Origin: an uncultured Holophagales bacterium
GTDB lineage: Bacteria; Acidobacteriota; Thermoanaerobaculia; Multivoradales; UBA5704
Length of the DNA: 64,000 nt
NCBI GenBank assembly: GCA_963842525.1
Contig: CAWJGT010000023.1
Location: 363,594 to 427,593, forward strand
Direction: 5' to 3'
A program made the position numbers and the translations under genes. The notes beneath the pieces are model-generated. The model was given only the letters and a program-made list of their open reading frames with translations. It made no database searches and was not told where the DNA came from. Positions 20,582-31,629 of the stretch are shown piece after piece. Numbering within the stretch: the first letter of the stretch is position 1; every line of letters begins with the position of its first letter.

Positions 20582-23500
20582 ATGAGAACCATCCGACTGT
20601 CGTTGCTCGCGTCCTGTCTCGCCGCTTTGCTGTCTACCCCTGCTGCCAGGGCAGTCTGCACCTTCCCGGCCGCAGCTCGTGAGCCGCAGGATCGGGACTC
20701 TCGCCCTGGCACGTGCCGGGAAGCTCCGCGGCAAGGTGGTGGACCTGCAAGGCCGCCCCCTGGCTGACGCCGCGGTCCTCGCCATCCCCCTGGGCGCTCT
20801 CGGAGAGCGGGCCTTCTCTCCGTCCGATCCCGTGGCAGACCGGGTGACGACGGATTCTCAAGGCCGCTTCGAGCTTCGTCACGTGCGGCCCGAGCAGAGC
20901 TATGAGGTGCGGGCTTCCCGGGCCGGAGCCTTCCCGGCGGCACAACGTGCCACGGTGGGCGATCCCTTGGCGCAGACGACGCAGACCCGCGAGCTGACGC
21001 TCGTCTTGGCCCCGGCCCGGTCAGCTCGGGGCAAGGTCCAGGATCCTGCGGGCCGGCCGATCGCGGGGGCCGAAGCGGTCGTGCGACCGGCCCTGCGTCC
21101 CGGTTCTCCGGCCAGCGCGGCTGACGGCGAGGCCGGCACTCCCCCTGTCTTGAGCGATGCCCAGGGCCTTTTCTCGTTTCCTGAGCTGCCGGCCTCCGAA
21201 GTGGAGCTTACGGTCCGCCGGAAGGGGTACGCCCCCGCGACCCTCCCGGCGCTTCGGATTCCTGCTGGGACAGGACCCGCGGACCTGGGCATGGTGACCC
21301 TGCGCCCCGGAGCCACCCTCGCCGGCCGCGTGATCGACCAGCACGGCCAGGCCGTCCCCGGCGGCGAAGTCTTCCTCCTGAGTCAGCCGGCCAGTCCCAA
21401 CGAGACAGAGCGGACACTGAAAGGACGCAAGCCCTCCACAATGGTCGCGGCGGATGGACGCTTCTCCATCGAGGAGCTGGCCCGGGGGGCTCCGGTCCAT
21501 GTGGCCGTCCGGGCGTCCGGTTATTTGATCAGTCAGCTCCGTGCGGTCCGCCCTCCCACTCCCAAGCCGGTCGTGATCCGTCTGGAGCCCGAGGCGACCC
21601 TGCGGGGCCGGGTCGTCGACGAGACAGGCGATCCGGTGCCCGGCGCGCGCATCGATCTGCACTGGCAGGCGTTCCTGCCGGAGGAACCGGACCGCCCGGT
21701 GGGAGAGCCGATCCTTCGCAACACGCGGGCCGATGGCGACGGTCGCTTCGAGCTCCGCGGCCTTCCCGCCGGAGCCGCGCGGGTCAGCGTGACCGCGCCG
21801 GCCTTCGTTCCGCTCGAGGGTGTCGAGGTCGGTCTGCCCCGGCCGTCGACCGCCGGAGAGCTCCGGCTGGTGCTGGAACGGGGAGCGCTCCTCCAGGGGC
21901 GTGTCACCACCGCGGCCGGCGAGCCGGTGCCGGCGGTCCGTGTCGGCGTCAGCGGATCTTCCGCTGCCACGAACGACGACGGCTTGTACTGGCTCGAAGG
22001 CGCGGAGATCGGCCGTCAGGATGTCATCTTCCTCCATCCGAGCTGCGGCCGGCTGGCGAAGCCGTTCAAGATCCGGCCGGGGATCAACGTGCTGGACGTG
22101 ACGTTCGAGCCCGGCGTCGAAGTCACGGGACGCGTGATCGACGACACCGGCAAGCCCGTGCCGAACGCCAAGGTCGAGCTTGCCCCCGAGAACCGTTTCG
22201 AGCCAAGGCAATATCGGGACATGACCGGCGAGGACGGCCGCTTCCGCCTCGCACCGGTGCTGGCGGGCAAGTACCGGTTGAAGGCCGGAGCCGACGGCTT
22301 CACCGACACCGAGCACCCGGGGACGCTCGCGGTCGACGGCGAGCCCGCGACCAACCTCGAAATCACAATCGAGAAAGGGGCCGTCCTCTCCGGAAAGATC
22401 CTCGGGCTCCCCGCGGAAGACCTGCCGCAGGTGGAGGTCGAGGCTCGTGGCGACCGCGGAGAGACGGTGGCCGCCTGGACCGATGGCCGGGGCCGCTACG
22501 AGATCCGGTCCCTCGCGCCCGGCGACTGGACGGTGACGGCCCGGCTCTGGGACGACCAGCGGCAGGCCAGGAGCCGCGTCGCCATCCGCCGGTCCGACCG
22601 CGAGGTGACGCGCGATCTGGAGTTCGAGAAACGCCTGGCGCTGACCGTCCAGGTGCTCTATGACGAAGAGCCGCTCCCCGACGCCTGGGTCTCCCTGGGC
22701 GGACAGCGGATCACGGCCGAGCGCATTGCCACGACCGACTACGAAGGGCGGGCCCGCTTCGACGACCTCGCGCCGGAAATCTACCGCGTCGGGTTGCGCC
22801 ACGCCCGGAACATGATCGTGCACAACGACCAGATCGACCTTCAGCAGGACAGAGACCTGATCATCCGTCTCCAGGGCGCCACGATCGGCGGTCTGGTGGT
22901 GAGCGCGGCAGACGGCGAGCCGGTCCGGGATGCCCTGCTCTCTTTGCGGCCTGTGGAGGGGCCGGAGTATCTCGTCACCACGGGAACGAAGAGCGACGGC
23001 CGTTTCGTAGTCCACCGGGTGCAACCGAACCGCTACCGCCTCCAGACCGATGCCAAGGGGTTCCTCGCGGCCGAGCAGGAGATCCAGGTGGCCGCCGGCC
23101 AGACGCTCGACAACCTGGAGCTCCGGCTGAAGCCGGCACCGGGCGCCAAGGTCCGCGTCCGGCTCGCCTCCGGCCAAGTCCCGTCCCGCATGCACGTGCA
23201 GGTCCGCGACGCGTCCGGCGGGACGGTGCTCGCCGAGACGCACGAGGTGGATGCATCAGGGGAGATCGAGCTGTCCCTGCCGCCCGGCTCCTGGACCCTG
23301 TTTCTCCGGGCCGATAACAGTGCCCTGGCCACGGCGGGTCTGATGATCCCCGCCGCCGGGCCCCTCGCACTGACCCTGGCGCCGGCCGGAAGGCTCAATG
23401 TACGCGTCCCGGCGCTCGTCACCTCGGTCCTGATCGGAACGGTCCACCTCCTCGGATCGGACCAGCAGCCGTTCTGGACGCTCGGCCCGGGAGGAAGGGT

Positions 23501-23843
23501 CGAGCAGCAATGGTCGCTCGTCGGCGGAAAAGTGGTGATTGATGGGGTGCCCGCCGGAAGCTGGCTCCTCCAGGTGGAGACCCCGGATGGGCAGAGATGG
23601 CAGGGCGCGGCGGTGACCTCGGGAGCGGCGGAGGCGGCGGTGACGATCGAATCAGCCTCTCAGCAGCAAGCGCACTCGGTACCGTTATTTAGCTCTACGG
23701 GAGACCCTTTCCGCTCAAGAGGAAGGCCTTTCCGTGAGCACGTCCTGCACGACGGTTCAACGGCTAAGGTGCCGCCGCAGCCGACGCATCGAGGTCAGCG
23801 CGGAAGCGCCTGGCGTCGATGGAGGAGATGGACTACCTCGTAG
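20582..23843 (+). CDS. Secreted carboxypeptidase-regulatory-like (Ig/transthyretin-fold) repeat protein (frameshift near 20680)
   Basis: Signal peptide MRTIRLSLLASCLAALLSTPAARA with SD AAGGAGG; repeats GxVxDxxGxPvxgAxV...TDxxGRF; the last ~60 aa may be spurious read-through. Confidence 0.75.
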
Positions 23844-23891
23844 CGCCCGCGCTTCCCTTCCGGGTGGATTTTGCGGTACAAGGATGTGCTC

Positions 23892-25277
23892 ATGAGCCAC
23901 CTTGTCCGATCCTGCACTCTTACGCTGCTCGCCTTCCTCGCCTTGGGAACCGCTCTGGCGGCCAACGATCTGGCTGAACGCCACTGGCCGCAGTGGCGCG
24001 GCCCGCGCGGCGACGGCGTCGCTCCCCACGGCGATCCGCCGACGACCTGGAGCGAGACGGCGAACGTCCGCTACAAGGTGGAGATCCCGGGCCGTGGCCA
24101 CGCCTCGCCGGTGGTCTGGGGCGAACGCATCTACCTGCTGACGGCGATCGACGCCGAACCGCCGGCCCAGGCGGCGCCGGCCGAGGTGGCGCCAGCCGCC
24201 GGAGCGCCGGAGGCCGGAGCGCGCTCGTTCCGCGAGCGCGGCGTGGCTCCCGACCACGACCTGCGCTTCGTCGTCCTGGCGCTCGACCGCGCCACCGGCA
24301 AGACCGTCTGGGAGCGCGCGGTGGTCCGGGCGCGTCCGCACGAGGGCACCCACACCGACGGCACCTGGGCGTCGGCTTCGGCGATCGCCGACGGCGAGCG
24401 GGTCTGGGCGTTCTTCGGCTCGCGCGGGATCTACTGCCTGCGCAGCAGCGACGGCGAACCGCTCTGGCAGCACGACCTGGGCGACATGCAGACGCGCAAT
24501 AGCTTTGGCGAGGGCGCTTCCCCGGTGCTCGCCGGCGACACCCTGGTGGTCAACTGGGATCACGAGGGCGAGAGCTTCGTCGTCGCCCTGGACGCCCGCA
24601 CCGGCGCCGAGCGCTGGCGGGCCGCGCGCAACGAGCCCACCTCGTGGTCGACCCCGCACATCGTCGAGGTGGACGGCCAGCGGCAGGTTGTGGTCAACGC
24701 CACCGGCAAGGTGCGCTCCTACGATCTCGCCACCGGCAAGTTGATCTGGGAGGTGGGTGGGATGACGGCCAATGCCATCCCCACGCCGGTCTCGGCCGGC
24801 GGCCTGCTGTTCGTCACCAGCGGCTTCCGCGGCAACGCACTCAAGGCGATCCGGCTCGCCGGCGCGCGCGGTGACCTGACAGGCACCCTCGCGGTCGTCT
24901 GGAGCCATGACCGCGACACGCCCTACGTGCCGTCGCCGTTGCTCTACGACGGCGTGCTCTATATCCTCAAGCACAACACCGGCATTCTGAGCGCCCTGGA
25001 CGCCGCTACCGGCAAGGTGCACTACGGCCCGGAGCGGCTGGAGGGAATCGAGGGCGTCTACGCGTCGCCGGTGGGCGCCGCGGGCCGCGTCTACGTCGCC
25101 GGCCGCAACGGGGCCACCGCCGTCCTCGGCGCCGGCCCCGCGCTCAAGGTGCTGGCGCTCAATCGCCTCGACGACGGCTTCGAGGCCTCGCCGGCCGTCG
25201 TCGGCCGCGAGATCTACCTGCGCGGCCGGCGCCACCTCTACGCCATCGCCGAGCAGGCACCCACGGCCAAACGGTAA
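23892..25277 (+). CDS. PQQ-like beta-propeller (BamB-like) secreted protein
   Basis: Signal peptide, HWPQWRGPRGDG, SPVVWG, ALDxxTGxxxW repeats. Confidence 0.88.
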   Translation: MSHLVRSCTLTLLAFLALGTALAANDLAERHWPQWRGPRGDGVAPHGDPPTTWSETANVRYKVEIPGRGHASPVVWGERIYLLTAIDAEPPAQAAPAEVAPAAGAPEAGARSFRERGVAPDHDLRFVVLALDRATGKTVWERAVVRARPHEGTHTDGTWASASAIADGERVWAFFGSRGIYCLRSSDGEPLWQHDLGDMQTRNSFGEGASPVLAGDTLVVNWDHEGESFVVALDARTGAERWRAARNEPTSWSTPHIVEVDGQRQVVVNATGKVRSYDLATGKLIWEVGGMTANAIPTPVSAGGLLFVTSGFRGNALKAIRLAGARGDLTGTLAVVWSHDRDTPYVPSPLLYDGVLYILKHNTGILSALDAATGKVHYGPERLEGIEGVYASPVGAAGRVYVAGRNGATAVLGAGPALKVLALNRLDDGFEASPAVVGREIYLRGRRHLYAIAEQAPTAKR

Positions 25278-25401
25278 AGCAGCTCCGGGACGCGGCTTCT
25301 CGTCCCCCTCCGCTCACTGATCGCCCTCTATGAAGCGGCACCTCTGTGAGCGCGCCCGCGGGCGAGGGTTACAATCGGTTCTCGTGAGCACCGCCTCCGT
25401 C

Positions 25402-27734
25402 ATGAGCCGGGAGCACTGGGAGCGGACCGGCGAGCTGCTGGAGGGGGCTCTCGCCCTCCCGCCCGGCGAGCGGCCGGCCTACCTCGCCGCGGCCTGCGGC
25501 GGCGACGCGGACCTGCGCGCCGAGGTCGAGGAGCTGCTGGCGGTCGACCCCGGCCTGCTGGCCGGCCTCGAACGGCCGGCGCTCGACCTCACCGTCCCAT
25601 CGTGCCCTCCCTGGCCCACTGTCCCGGGCTACGACCTGGTGCGCGAGATCGGCCGCGGCGGGGTCGGCGAGGTCTACGAGGGCCGGCCGGAGGGGGAGCC
25701 GCGCCGCGCCGTGGCGATCAAGGTGTTGAAGCGCGGCATGGACAGCGAGGAGGTCCTGGCCCGCTTCCGCGTCGAGCGGCAGGTCCTCGGCAACCTCAAG
25801 CACCCCAACATCGTCCACCTCTTCGACGCCGGCCTGTGCGGCGATGGCCGCCCCTTCCTGGTGATGGAGCGGATCGAGGGGGAGCCGATCGACGGTTACG
25901 CGCGGCGGCACGGGCTCGACGCGCGGCGCATCCTGGGGCTCCTCCTCAAGGTCTGCGACGCGGTGCAGGTGGCGCACCGCAACCTGGTCGTCCACCGCGA
26001 CCTCAAGCCGGGGAACATCCTGGTGGACGTGGCCGGGGAGCCGAAGCTGATCGACTTCGGCATCGCCAAGCTCCTCGAGCCGGGGTACGACGGGGCGGCG
26101 CCGGCCACCCGGCTGGGCGGTCAGCCGATGACGTCCCTCTACGCCAGTCCGGAGCAACTCGCCGGCGGGCCGATCACCACCGCCACCGACGTCTATGCGC
26201 TCGGGGTGGTCCTCTGCGAGCTGCTGAGCGGCGAACGGCCCACGCCGGAAGGGGGTGTGCCCAGCGGGTTGCGGGGGGACCTCGCGGCGATCGCCGGCAA
26301 GGCCCTGCGCCACCGCCCCGAAGAGCGCTACGGCTCGGTCGCGGAGCTCGCCGACGACCTCCGCCGCCACCTGGCCGGGCTGCCGGTCGAAGCCCGGCCG
26401 CCGACCTGGGCCTACCGCGCCACCCGCTTCCTCTACCGGCGGCGCCGGGAATCGCTGGCGGCCGCGCTCTGCCTGCTGGCGCTCGCCGGCTACGAGGCGC
26501 GCCGGGTGGCCGAGCACCGGCGACTCACGGCCCAGCTCGAACGGACGGGGCGCCTGGCCCGCTTCCTGGGCCAGGTCATAGCTCCCCCCAACCTTTGGCG
26601 GGAGGGGCGGAGCGAGCTGACGGTGCGGGAGATCCTCGACCGCGGACGGAAGAAGATCGAGGGTGAGCTCGCCGCCGAGCCGGAAGCTTCCAGGCGATCG
26701 CCCTCACCTCGATCGGCGAGGCCTACCTCCGGATCGGCCTCTACCGCGAGGCCGAGGAGGCGCTGGACACCGCCCTCGAAGTCCGCCGCAAGGCCCTCGG
26801 CCCGGAGCATGCGCTGGTCGCCGACAGTCTGGAGGTGAAGTCGGGGCTCAAGGTCCACCGGGGGCGGTTCGCCGAGGCCGAAAAGCTGCTGCGCGAGGCC
26901 TACGCCCTGCGCCTGCGGGTCTTGCGGGCGGAAGACCCGCGCTTGACCAACACCGTGGTCGGGCTGGCCGCGCTGCGCATGGACCGCGGGCACTACGGAG
27001 AGGCGGAGAGCAGCTTCCGCGAGGCGCTGGTGCGGCTGAAAGAGGCCGGAGAAGGGGGGACCAAGGCCGAGGCGGCGGTGCGCGGCAACCTGGCGCTCTG
27101 CCTCTTCTACCGCGGGCGCCTGGCCGCGGCGGAGGGCGAGGCGCGGACGGCCCTCGCCCTCTCGCTGCGCCACCTGGAGACCGGGCACCCCCAGATCTCG
27201 GCCCACTGGACGGCCCTGGCGCGGGTCCTGGCGGCGCAGGGGGAGTGGGCGGCGGCGCGCGGGCTGGTGGAGCTTGCCTGGACGGTGGTCGAGCGCCGGC
27301 ATGGCGAGGAGCATCCGGCCTCCGCCCGGCTTCTGACCCTGCGCTCCCAGATCGCGGCCGGGGAGGGGGACCTCCCCCGGGCGGACCGGCTCGCCTCCCG
27401 CGCCCTCGCGGTCTGGCGCCGGAACGCCGGCTCCGAGCTCCATCCGGACGCGGCCTCGACCCTCGCCACCCTGGCCGGCATCCGGCGCCGGCACGGACGG
27501 CTCGGCGAGGCGCTGCCGCTGGCCTCCGAGGCCGTCGCCCTGCGACTGCGGAGCCTGGGGCCGGACCACCCGGACCTCGCGGGCGCCCTCCTGGAGCTGG
27601 CCCGGGTGCGGCGCGCCCAGGGGGCCGGAGCCGAGGCGGCGCCGCTGGTCGAGCGGGCACGCGGCATCCTCCTGCGCGGCGGCCTCGCGGACCACCCCTG
27701 GCTCGCCGAGCTGGCGGCGCTCAAGGCCGGCTGA
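25402..27734 (+). CDS. Ser/Thr protein kinase with TM and TPR repeats (frameshift near 26690)
   Basis: IGRGGVGEVY, VAIK, HRDLKPGN, DFG, YASPEQ, DVYALG; C-terminal TPRs (GEEHP, GPDHP). Confidence 0.88.
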
Positions 27735-28330
27735 GCTCGCGCGCCAGCCAGCGCTTGGCCGTCGTCCAGTCCCGCTCGACCGAGGCCCGCGACAGGTCCA
27801 GCACGCCGGCGATCTCCTCCACCGTCAACCCCGTGAAGTAGCGCAGCTCGACCACCCGGGCCGGGCGCGGATCGATCGCCGCCAGCCGGCCGAGCGCCTC
27901 GTCGAGGGCGAGGACGAGGGCCGGCGGCAGGCCGCGCTCCACCGCCGGGTCGAGGCCCGCCTCCAGGGCCAGCGGGGGGACGCCGCTGCCGCGCTTCGCC
28001 GCCAGGCGCGCCCGCGCGTGGTCGACCAGGATCTCGCGCATCAGGCGCGAAGCGCAGGCGAAGAACTGGGCCCGGTCGAGCGGCCCGGCCGAGCCTCCCG
28101 CCCACCAGCCGGAGGTAGACCTCGTTGACCAGCGCCGTCGGCTGCAGGATGTGCCCCGGCGCCTCCCGCGCCAGATAGAGGCGGGCCAGGCGCCTGAGCT
28201 CCTCGACCACCAGCGGCATGAGCCGGGCCAGCGCCTCGTCGTCCCCCTGCCGCCAGCGGACGAGGACATCGGTGATCGAGAGGCCGGAAGGAGTCTGGAG
28301 GTGCGGGAGGGGCGGGCGCTCGAGGGGCAT
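27721..28330 (-). CDS. ECF sigma factor of the kinase-associated type (frameshift near 28090)
   Basis: ITDVLVRWRQGDDEALARLMPLV.EELRRLA...LQPTALVNEVYLRL...MREILVDHAR...KRG...VELRYFTGLT...RDWTTAKRWL; convergent with the kinase. Confidence 0.85.
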
Positions 28331-28416
28331 GAGGGGTTTTACGGGCGGATTCCGCAAAGGGTTCCAGGACCGGGCCCGGAGCGCAGCTCCAGCCCATTTT
28401 CCCAAGGAGAGTGAAC

Positions 28417-30016
28417 ATGTTTCGATCCGCCGGCGTCCGCATCCTGTTCCTGCCGTCCCTCGTGTTCCTGGCCCTCGCGGGCTCGCGGGCGGAAGGGCAG
28501 CTCTATCTCCCCTTCGACGCCAACCAGACCTGGTACGTCTGCCAGGGGTACCTGGGTACCGCCTCGGGTACCCACAACAACAAGCACGCCCTCGACCTCA
28601 CGCTCAATCCGGACGGGATCGGCACGGCCGGCTGCGACGGCAATCAGAACTACTCCGCAGGCCAGCCGGTCCTGGCTCCCGGCAAGGGGACGGTGACTCA
28701 CCGGGACTATGAGATGCAGACCTGCCCGCCTGAAGAAGAAATCGACGATGGGGTGTGCGACGAAGTGTGCGATTGCACGTGCATCGAGATCTGGACCAGG
28801 GACCTGATCTGCCTCAACCTGGACGTCGGAGGGAGCCTGGTGATCGGCCACTTCGCCCCCGGCAGCCGCGTGCCGCAGGGGCAGGTCGAGGCCGGGGTCG
28901 TCCTGGGCACGCTGGCGGTTCAATCCGACCGCTGCAGCAACGACGGGATCCACAACGGCGAGTACGCCCACATCCACATCGCGGCCTACGAGAGCGACGA
29001 CTGCAGCGGCGATTCGACGACCCCCTTCAGCGGAGACACCTATGGGTTCTGGGGCGTCCCTGACCTGCCGGACATGTCCGACCGGTCCGGGCTGCCCCAA
29101 TTATTCCGCAACCACTGGTTCGGCACCGGCCTGAGCAACCTCGAGGTCCAGGGGGATTGGGACGACGCGGGCCACCTGGGGACCGAGACCGACTGCGACG
29201 AAGGCCACGGCTTCAACGAGGTCTATTTCGGGCACTGCCCCTCGGGCGACGAGATCATCAGCGGCTTCCGCTTCGAGAACCTGCCGGTCGGGAGCGGGAC
29301 CTACATCTCCTCGGCCGCCATGGTCCTCACCGCCGACGGACCCTACTGCTCGTCGCTCGACGTCAAGATCTCGGCCGAGAAAGGCATGTACGCAGAGCCC
29401 TTCGTCAGCTTCAAGATGCCATCCGACCGCATCGACTGGACCTACGGCGAAGTTGTCTGGACGATCGACGAAGACTGGGATCTCGGCGACATCGTCGAGA
29501 CTCCGGAGCTCCGCTCCACCCTGCAGCCGATCGTCAGACCTTCGTCCTGGCCGCGCGATTTTAACAGCGTGGCCTTCCTGACCCAGCCGAACGGGTACAA
29601 GCGGAACCTCCCATCGCCGGGTGACGGCCTGGGAGCGGGCTCAGTTCCAGCCCGTCCATCTGCCGCCGCGCCTGGTGGTGACCCAGTTCCGCACTCTTTC
29701 GCCGTTGGACGACTGGAAGGGGAACAATCCGCCGATCGCCAACGCCGGACCGGACCAGCTCTACTCGGGCTCCGGCATCCGCATCGACCTCGACGGACGG
29801 GATAGCTCAGACCCGGACCAGCAGGCGATCGCCTACTCCTGGGCCCAGGTCGATGGCCCTCCGGTGACGCTCCACGACTCGCTCACTTCCACCCCCTGGT
29901 TCGTCACCGGCCTGGTGGCGGACTTCTACGAATTCGAGCTCACCGTGACCGACGACGGCTGGGGGGAGCTGCTCACCCGCGACACCGTAACCGTCACCTT
30001 CGACACGACACCGTAA
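28417..30016 (+). CDS. Secreted M23-peptidase-like, Cys-rich protein with a C-terminal PKD-like domain (frameshift near 29610)
   Basis: Signal peptide; LPF...QGY...H...HALDL, GQPVLAPGKGTV and HIH (M23-like); PIANAGPDQ...LDGRDSSDPD..IAYSW (PKD-like). Confidence 0.65.
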
Positions 30017-30150
30017 GCGTCACCCGAGAATAGGTGCCTGGGGATTCCACGGGACGCGAGCTGTAGGCGGTGGCGCGCAACGTGCACCGGAACCAAGCGG
30101 TACCAGGGAGCAAACGAGTTGCTCCCCCTACGCTCTGAAGGGAGTGACCG

Positions 30151-30627
30151 ATGACCGAAGCGATGACCGAAGCGATGACCGAGCCGGTGGACGAGCAACT
30201 GCAGGCGACGCCGAGCGCCGAGGCGCGGGCTGACCAGCCGCAGCCGCTCGAGCTGGGCGAGTTGATGGTGGCGCTCACCGCAGACGATGTCGAGCGCAGC
30301 TTGCACTTTTATGCCGATGGATTGGGGTTCACCGTCGAAGAGCGCATGGAGAAGGACGGCAAGCTGCTCGGCGTGATGCTCGTCGCCGGGGCATGCCACC
30401 TCGGGCTGTCGCAGGATGACTGGGGAAAGGGGCGCGATCGGAAGAAGGGGATCGGGTTCCGCATGTTCGTCGACACGATGGACCAGGACCTCGACGCGCT
30501 GGCGGCGAGGTTCCGCGAGCAGGGCATCGAGGTCGATGGCCCCAAGACCGAGTCGTGGGGCGAGCGGGCGCTGACGGTGGAGGACCCGGACGGGTTCAAG
30601 CTGACCCTGAACCGCAAGCCTTCCTGA
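30151..30627 (+). CDS. VOC/glyoxalase family protein
   Basis: DVERSLHFYADGLGF...SWGERALTVEDPDGFKL; starts with a 12-bp tandem repeat ATGACCGA(A)GCG. Confidence 0.88.
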   Translation: MTEAMTEAMTEPVDEQLQATPSAEARADQPQPLELGELMVALTADDVERSLHFYADGLGFTVEERMEKDGKLLGVMLVAGACHLGLSQDDWGKGRDRKKGIGFRMFVDTMDQDLDALAARFREQGIEVDGPKTESWGERALTVEDPDGFKLTLNRKPS

Positions 30628-30916
30628 GCCGGGCCGACTCTCACGCCGAGGGCGCTCGTCGGCACCGTGCTCCTCGTCGCCGCGGCGCTCCGCAGGGTCC
30701 CCGTCGCCTGGCCGCAATGGGCCAAGGCCGCGGCCTACGGAATCGGCACGATGGCCACTTTCTGGTTCCTGCAGAGAGAGCCGCCTCGCTGATGTGATCA
30801 GCGGTTTCTGCCTGCGCGCTGGCTCGCCATGGACTGGAGGCCGCACTCTTTTAGGTGAGGGCCACGTGGGCCCTCACCCGAACGATGCAGCGTTCTCCCT
30901 ATGGAGGATCGGCGAC

Positions 30917-31093
30917 GTGAAAAAACAGCGGCCTGTCAAGAAACTACAGCTCAGCAGCGAGACCCTGCTCCGTCTCAACCAGCTCCCGCTCGTGCAAGGC
31001 GGAGGGTTCGCGGGCACCCTGACCTTCGAGGGGACCTGCGAGAACTCCCTTTGCCCTGTTTGCACGGAGCTGTGCACCGGCGACACGCAGTAA
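30917..31093 (+). CDS. Orphan lanthipeptide-like precursor peptide (58 aa)
   Basis: GTG start after SD GGAGGA: MKKQRPVKKLQLSSETLLRLNQLPLVQGG-GFAGTLTFEGTCENSLCPVCTELCTGDTQ. Confidence 0.75.
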   Translation: MKKQRPVKKLQLSSETLLRLNQLPLVQGGGFAGTLTFEGTCENSLCPVCTELCTGDTQ

Positions 31094-31134
31094 CGGAGGC
31101 ACTCATAGATGTAGATATTGATGGAGGAAAACGA

Positions 31135-31413
31135 ATGCGACTCACCTACTCGAACCCGTCCATCCGGCGTCTGGCGCTCGTGCTCGCGCTGGCGCTCGCC
31201 TCCTCGGCACTCGTGCTGCTCGTTCCCGGTACCGCCAGCGCGGCCTGCGCTTACGATTTAGAGGTCCGGACCTACTACTACAGCGACCCGGAGCTGACCA
31301 ACTTCGTCGGCCAGTGCTTCAAGGCCTGTTGGTCGGGGACGACCTGCAGCGGCGAGCAGACCGAATACTCCCAGATCGTGAGCGTGCGTATGTGCCCCCC
31401 GCTCTGCCAGTAG
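31135..31413 (+). CDS. Small secreted Cys-rich protein (DUF6289-like)
   Basis: SD GGAGG; signal peptide ending ASA; mature part YYYSDPELTNFVGQC...C.G...CSGEQTEY...C. Confidence 0.7.
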   Translation: MRLTYSNPSIRRLALVLALALASSALVLLVPGTASAACAYDLEVRTYYYSDPELTNFVGQCFKACWSGTTCSGEQTEYSQIVSVRMCPPLCQ

Positions 31414-31629
31414 CCACCGGGCGCGGACCGGGGCGGGTGCCAACGTTGAGAGCGCCCCGCGTCCTACGCCCATAGGTGCCAGGGGAACATCCGGGGAAGG
31501 CCGCGGGAAGCGGCGGACAAGCTCAAGGCTGGCGATCGCAATGCCCGGTTTCCGACAGGGAGCTTTCCACCTCATCTGCCGTTCGTCAGCGATCAGCCTC
31601 CCCAAACAACTCTTGACGGGACCTCTATC

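Noticed and set aside
30151-30186. 12-bp tandem repeat at the VOC start as a phase-variation switch
   Set aside because: The unit is a multiple of 3 and only adds MTEA residues.
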